Below the pieces are notes generated by a model that saw nothing but the letters and a program-made list of their open reading frames with translations, made no database searches and was not told the origin of the DNA. This document shows positions 59,678 to 64,000 of a stretch of 64,000 bases of DNA, piece by piece. This stretch comes from an uncultured delta proteobacterium. GTDB taxonomy: Bacteria; Desulfobacterota; Desulfuromonadia; Geobacterales; DSM-12255. The stretch lies in the NCBI GenBank assembly GCA_963787125.1, contig CAWBBV010000002.1:32001-96000 (forward strand), given 5' to 3'. How positions within the stretch are numbered: the stretch's first letter is position 1; the number at the start of each line of letters is the position of its first letter. A program made the position numbers and the translations under genes.

Positions 59678-62089
59678 CTATTCGCCATAACTCGTCGGCT
59701 CAGTGCCGCTAATAAAGCACTCTTGCAGGCTCCCTTCGCTCCCGTCCCGCGCCAGTCGGCCTGTTCTGGGGTTTATAGTGGCAAAAGTCAGATTGGCCGG
59801 CGCTAAGAAATTCTGAGCCGGCAGCCCCGCAACTGCCCGCTGCATAAACTCTACCCAGATGGGCGCCGCTGCCTGTCCACCAGAACCACCAGCACCCAGG
59901 GAACGCTCCTGATCGAAACCGACCCAGACACCTGCCACAAGCTGCGGAATGAAGCCGACAAACCAGGCATCTTTCATGTCGTTGGTTGTCCCGGTCTTCC
60001 CCGCAACCGGCCTGCCAAGAGCCTTTGCCCGCTGGCCAGTACCGCTGTTGACAACGCTCTGCATTAGATTGGTAATAATGTAGGAAACTTCCGGTGAAAC
60101 TACCTGCACCGGTGGCGGGAGCGTTGAGATACTGGCCGGTTTCGTCTCTGGCACTATGACTTGTGGCGCCTGACTGCTACCGGCATCGTCGCCGCTACCG
60201 GCCAGAGTGACTTTGACCGCCGAAGTATTGTTGCTGAAGGTTACCGGCGTCGGCGTGGGGGTCTCTTCCAGCACCTTGCCGTCCCGGTCGGTAACCTTGG
60301 TAATGAAATACGGTGTGACGCGGTAGCCGCCGGCAGCATAGACACCATAGGCAGCGGTCAACTCCTGGGGGGTAACGCTGGAGGCGCCGAGAGCAAGGGT
60401 CAGATTCGGCTCAAGGGTGGAAGTTATCCCCAGCTTCTTGGCAAACTCAATCGCTGTGCCGACGCCGATGGTCTCCAGAATCTTGATGCTGACGATATTG
60501 ATGGAGTTGGTCAGTGCGTCGCGCATGGTGACATTGCCGCGGTAGATATTGTCGTAGTTTTTCGGTTTCCAGGCCTTATCGCCGCCGCTATTATATTCAA
60601 CGGGCGAATCGTCGATGATGGAGGCGGCAGTCATCCCTTTCTCCAGGGCAGCGCCGTAGATGATCGGCTTGAAAGCCGAGCCGGGGTTTCGTTTCGCCTG
60701 CGTCGCCCGGTTAAATTGACTTTTCTTGAAATCATAGCCGCCGACCATCGCCTTGACGCCACCGGTGCGGGGATCCATGGCATAGATAGCCGCCTGAGCT
60801 TCCGGGGTCTGATCGAGGGCAAAGACCGCCCCCTTTTTATGCTCGTCGGGAGTGATGACCTGAACTTCGATTACACTGCCGAGAGAGAGCCCCTTGACCT
60901 TTTCCGGCAGCTTGCCGTAACTGTTCTGCAGGGTCAGCTTGCCTGCCCATGCCATCTGCTTCTTCGGCAGGATACCGACTCGCTCACCGACACTGACCGT
61001 CACCTCCCCCTTGACAGGGTCAACAGCGGTGACGACCCCCTGATGACTGCTCCCCTGCTTCAGAGAGGCAAGGTCGATGCCGTCTTCAAGTTTTTTACAG
61101 AACGCCTCGACTTCCGCCTCTTTGAGGAACTTCAGCGGCCCCCGGAAACCCTGACGCTTGTCAACAGCCTTGAGGCCGTTGACGACCGCATCGTAGGCCC
61201 CTTTCTGCATCTCGGCATTCATGGTCGTGTAAATATTCAGCCCTTCCTTGTAGAGCCGCTCTTCGCCATACTTCTCTTCCAGCTGCAGGCGGATCTGCTC
61301 GAGGAAATAGGCAGACTGGTCGTTGTTCACTTTTTTCAGCGAACGGATGACGATGGGGGTGGTTTTAGCATGGTCAGCCTCGGCCTGGGTAATGTAACCG
61401 TCCTTGACCATCCGCTCCAGAACATACCCCTGGCGCTCCTTGGCCTTCTCCATGTTTTTTATGGGCGAATAGGTGTTGGGCGCTTTCGGCAGACCGGCCA
61501 TCATAGCCATCTCGGCAAGATTCAGCTGTTCGACGTTCTTGGCAAAATAGGTTTCAGCGGCAAGCTGCACTCCGTAGGCACCGGCCCCCATGTAGATCTG
61601 GTTCAGGTAGATGTAGAGGATTTCATCCTTGGAGAGTTTTTTCTCCATTCGTGTTGCCAGGATCGCCTCTTTAAGTTTGCGGGAAAACTTCTTCTCAGGG
61701 GTCAGGAGCATCGACTTGGCGACCTGCTGGGTGATTGTCGAAGCACCCTCTTTTTTGCGCAGATGGATGACATTTTTGACCATGGCTCTGGCAATACCGA
61801 GATAATCAAGCCCTTTATGCTGGTAAAAATTGGAGTCCTCTGCGGCGACAAAAGCCTGAATAAGCCGACGCGGGATCTTGTTGACTTCAATGACCTTCCG
61901 TCGCTCAAGGTAGAATTCACCGACGAGACTGCCGTCGTCACCGAAAACCTGGGATACGATCGGCGGCTTGTAGTCTGCCAATCGGTCCACCTTTGGCAGT
62001 GAAACCATCAGAAAACCGAAGTAAACAGCAAAAGCTACCAGCAGCAGGACTGCCACTCCGGCTAGAACGAAAAGGATCCTGCGGCGCAT
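59678..62089 (-). CDS. mrcA: Penicillin-binding protein 1A
   Basis: AED..FY.H.G, GASTITQQ, SAFK, SIN, KTG motifs. Confidence 0.94.
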   Translation of the reverse strand: MRRRILFVLAGVAVLLLVAFAVYFGFLMVSLPKVDRLADYKPPIVSQVFGDDGSLVGEFYLERRKVIEVNKIPRRLIQAFVAAEDSNFYQHKGLDYLGIARAMVKNVIHLRKKEGASTITQQVAKSMLLTPEKKFSRKLKEAILATRMEKKLSKDEILYIYLNQIYMGAGAYGVQLAAETYFAKNVEQLNLAEMAMMAGLPKAPNTYSPIKNMEKAKERQGYVLERMVKDGYITQAEADHAKTTPIVIRSLKKVNNDQSAYFLEQIRLQLEEKYGEERLYKEGLNIYTTMNAEMQKGAYDAVVNGLKAVDKRQGFRGPLKFLKEAEVEAFCKKLEDGIDLASLKQGSSHQGVVTAVDPVKGEVTVSVGERVGILPKKQMAWAGKLTLQNSYGKLPEKVKGLSLGSVIEVQVITPDEHKKGAVFALDQTPEAQAAIYAMDPRTGGVKAMVGGYDFKKSQFNRATQAKRNPGSAFKPIIYGAALEKGMTAASIIDDSPVEYNSGGDKAWKPKNYDNIYRGNVTMRDALTNSINIVSIKILETIGVGTAIEFAKKLGITSTLEPNLTLALGASSVTPQELTAAYGVYAAGGYRVTPYFITKVTDRDGKVLEETPTPTPVTFSNNTSAVKVTLAGSGDDAGSSQAPQVIVPETKPASISTLPPPVQVVSPEVSYIITNLMQSVVNSGTGQRAKALGRPVAGKTGTTNDMKDAWFVGFIPQLVAGVWVGFDQERSLGAGGSGGQAAAPIWVEFMQRAVAGLPAQNFLAPANLTFATINPRTGRLARDGSEGSLQECFISGTEPTSYGE

Positions 62090-62266
62090 ATTGCCTTCAT
62101 GACGATCGGGAAGACGCCTGTCCACCGACTCTTTACCTTGATAAAGCTGCATTTGTTAGCCCCTTCGGAAAATGTCGCCTATTATGTCAGATTGCCGTTT
62201 GAATACAAGCGTAAACAGGGCAGGAATTAGTTGTTTGTGCTCCGTTGTAATGGTAGATATAGCTAT

Positions 62267-63649
62267 ATGAAAACCCTCACTTTCCGCGCTTTTATTGAGC
62301 TCCTCCCAGCCTGCGGAGAACTTCACACAGTTACGGCCACGGTAGATCCGCTGTTGGAGATTGCTGCGATCACGACAAAAGCCTGTCAAACCCGGCAGAA
62401 CAAGGCGTTGCTTTTCGAAGCTGTCAAAGGTTGCGATTTCAGGGTTTTGACCAACGGCTTTGGCTCTGAGCGCAGGATCTGCCTGGCGCTGGGAGTTGCA
62501 AGGCTTGCAGAGCTGACCGACTGGTTTGACAGACGCCTTGAAAACCTTGCGGGGACAGACAGCGCCGCAAAGCTGCAGGCATTAACGACATCTCCGGCCT
62601 GGCGCGCCGCTGCGCCAGAACTCTGCGAGCCCCCGTCTTATCTGCGTGCAGCGGCGCTTGATCTAGGCTCACTGCCGCTTATCAAGAATCAGCCGCTTGA
62701 TGGTCAGCCGGATCATGACGGCAAATTCATGACTCTGCCGCTGGTTATCACCGCAAATCATGACTTGAAAGAAATAAACTGCGGCATGTACCGGGCGGCG
62801 CTCATCGCCCCCGACACGCTTGCCATAAAGTGGAGCAGCACCAGCGGCGCCGCTCTGCACGCCGCTTCATGGGCATTGCACAGCAGGCGGATGCCGATGG
62901 TAATCGCCCTTGGCTGCTCGGCAGCAGTTACACTGGCAGCAACGCTGCCCCTCCCGGCCGAAATGGACGAACTCACTTTTGCCGGACTCCTTCAGGGAGA
63001 GCCGCTCAGGACCTTCCGCTGCGCCAACGGACTCAGCGCCCCTTCAGATGCCGAAATCATCATCGAGGGTTATCTGGAGGATGACCCCGTCCCTTGCGGA
63101 GCATTCGCCAATCACACCGGTTTTTATTCCCCGTCCGAACCGGCTGCGGCCATGAAAGTCACCTCATTGAAAATCCGGGAAAAGATGATCTTTCCGGCGG
63201 CTGTTGTCGGCAAACCGCCGACAGAAAGCTGCTGGCTTGCCCGCGCCGGCGGCTTTCTGCTCCTTTCCCTGTTGAAGCTTGACGTTCCGCAGGTTACCTC
63301 CCTGCATCAGCCTTTTGCCGGAATTTTCCACGGCGCGGTCTTCATCTCCGTAAAAAACAGCGCCGGCAATGGCCTTGAACTCATAACCGCCATCCGCAGA
63401 ACCCCCTGGTTTGCCGGCTCCAGACTGCTTGTCATCGTGACAGAAAAGCAGGATCCGGCCGATGAGGCCGGCGTTCTCTGGCGGATCATGAACTGTGTCA
63501 ATTGGGAAGAAGATATGCTAATTACAGATGGCAAACTCTCCATCAACGCCACCGGGAACGCGGCTGAAACCAGAGCTGTCGTCGAACCCGCTGCTGCTGT
63601 CACTGAAATGGTGGAGCGTCGCTGGAAGGAGTACGGTTTTGATGAATGA
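62267..63649 (+). CDS. UbiD-family decarboxylase-like protein (divergent active site)
   Basis: VDPLLEI, ALLFE, N.FGS, NCGMYR, AEIIIEG, HTGFY, VVGKPP.E. Confidence 0.8.
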   Translation: MKTLTFRAFIELLPACGELHTVTATVDPLLEIAAITTKACQTRQNKALLFEAVKGCDFRVLTNGFGSERRICLALGVARLAELTDWFDRRLENLAGTDSAAKLQALTTSPAWRAAAPELCEPPSYLRAAALDLGSLPLIKNQPLDGQPDHDGKFMTLPLVITANHDLKEINCGMYRAALIAPDTLAIKWSSTSGAALHAASWALHSRRMPMVIALGCSAAVTLAATLPLPAEMDELTFAGLLQGEPLRTFRCANGLSAPSDAEIIIEGYLEDDPVPCGAFANHTGFYSPSEPAAAMKVTSLKIREKMIFPAAVVGKPPTESCWLARAGGFLLLSLLKLDVPQVTSLHQPFAGIFHGAVFISVKNSAGNGLELITAIRRTPWFAGSRLLVIVTEKQDPADEAGVLWRIMNCVNWEEDMLITDGKLSINATGNAAETRAVVEPAAAVTEMVERRWKEYGFDE

Positions 63650-64000
63650 AGCGACCAAGAGCGGCGTTTTTGCGCGGCTGGCAATTTTTCTGGAGATGAT
63701 CAAATTCTCCCATACCCTTTTTGCGCTCCCCTTCGCCCTGACCGGCGCGATTCTGGCCGCCCGTGGGCTCCCGTCGGCCGGGCAGATTTTCTGGATACTG
63801 GTGGCCATGGTCGGCGCCCGCACTGCTGCCATGGGACTTAACCGGCTGATAGATGCCGACATTGACGCGAAAAATCCCCGCACCGCCACCAGGGCAATTC
63901 CCGCCGGACTCTTAAGCAAGGGGAGCGTTGCGCTCTTCATTGTGATTTCGATTCTGCTGCTGCTTTACGCCGCTTACCGCCTCAATCCCCTCTGCCTGAA
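63642..64000 (+). CDS. UbiA-family prenyltransferase (3'-partial)
   Basis: MNEATK...EMIKFSHTLFALPF...ARTAAMGLNRLIDADIDAKNPRT. Confidence 0.9.
   Translation, partial: MNEATKSGVFARLAIFLEMIKFSHTLFALPFALTGAILAARGLPSAGQIFWILVAMVGARTAAMGLNRLIDADIDAKNPRTATRAIPAGLLSKGSVALFIVISILLLLYAAYRLNPLCL

Overview
A 64-kb chromosomal segment that looks like a Geobacteraceae/Desulfuromonadales genome (inferred from gene content). In order it contains: (1) the 3' part of an hdrA-mvhD/flxD-flxCBA electron-bifurcation operon whose spacers hold repeated palindromes; (2) a CHASE2 adenylate/guanylate cyclase; (3) an IS256-family element whose terminal repeats enclose a frameshifted transposase, an (ACAG)17 tract and a hybrid histidine kinase, with an intact IS1380 nested in its left end; (4) an extended arsenic/thiol-redox cluster (acr3, arsC, two arsR, ArsP-like permease, thioredoxins, ccdA); (5) a defence island (MazF-type TA, type I R plus fused M-S, an unannotated 55-aa gene, an XRE-ImmA/IrrE protein with an antitoxin-like tail followed by MazF, orphan hicB); (6) a selenocysteine formate dehydrogenase operon (fdnGHI-fdhE-grx-prx-mobA-globin sensor) with a divergent sigma54 two-component system; (7) tRNA-Sec, then a HEPN/MNT pair, a type I RM system and a RelE/HigA pair, then selB; (8) crcB and DUF190; (9) the mercury-methylation genes hgcAB; (10) housekeeping genes (GGDEF, LysE, HU, PBP1A, ubiD/ubiA-like). 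Top signal: hgcA has a hidden in-frame 64-codon N-terminal extension with a Cys-UGA(Sec) motif and a SECIS-like hairpin, lies about 2 kb from selB, and overlaps a Cys-rich MarR regulator that has its own operator palindrome. All family calls are by motif recognition; no database searches were run.
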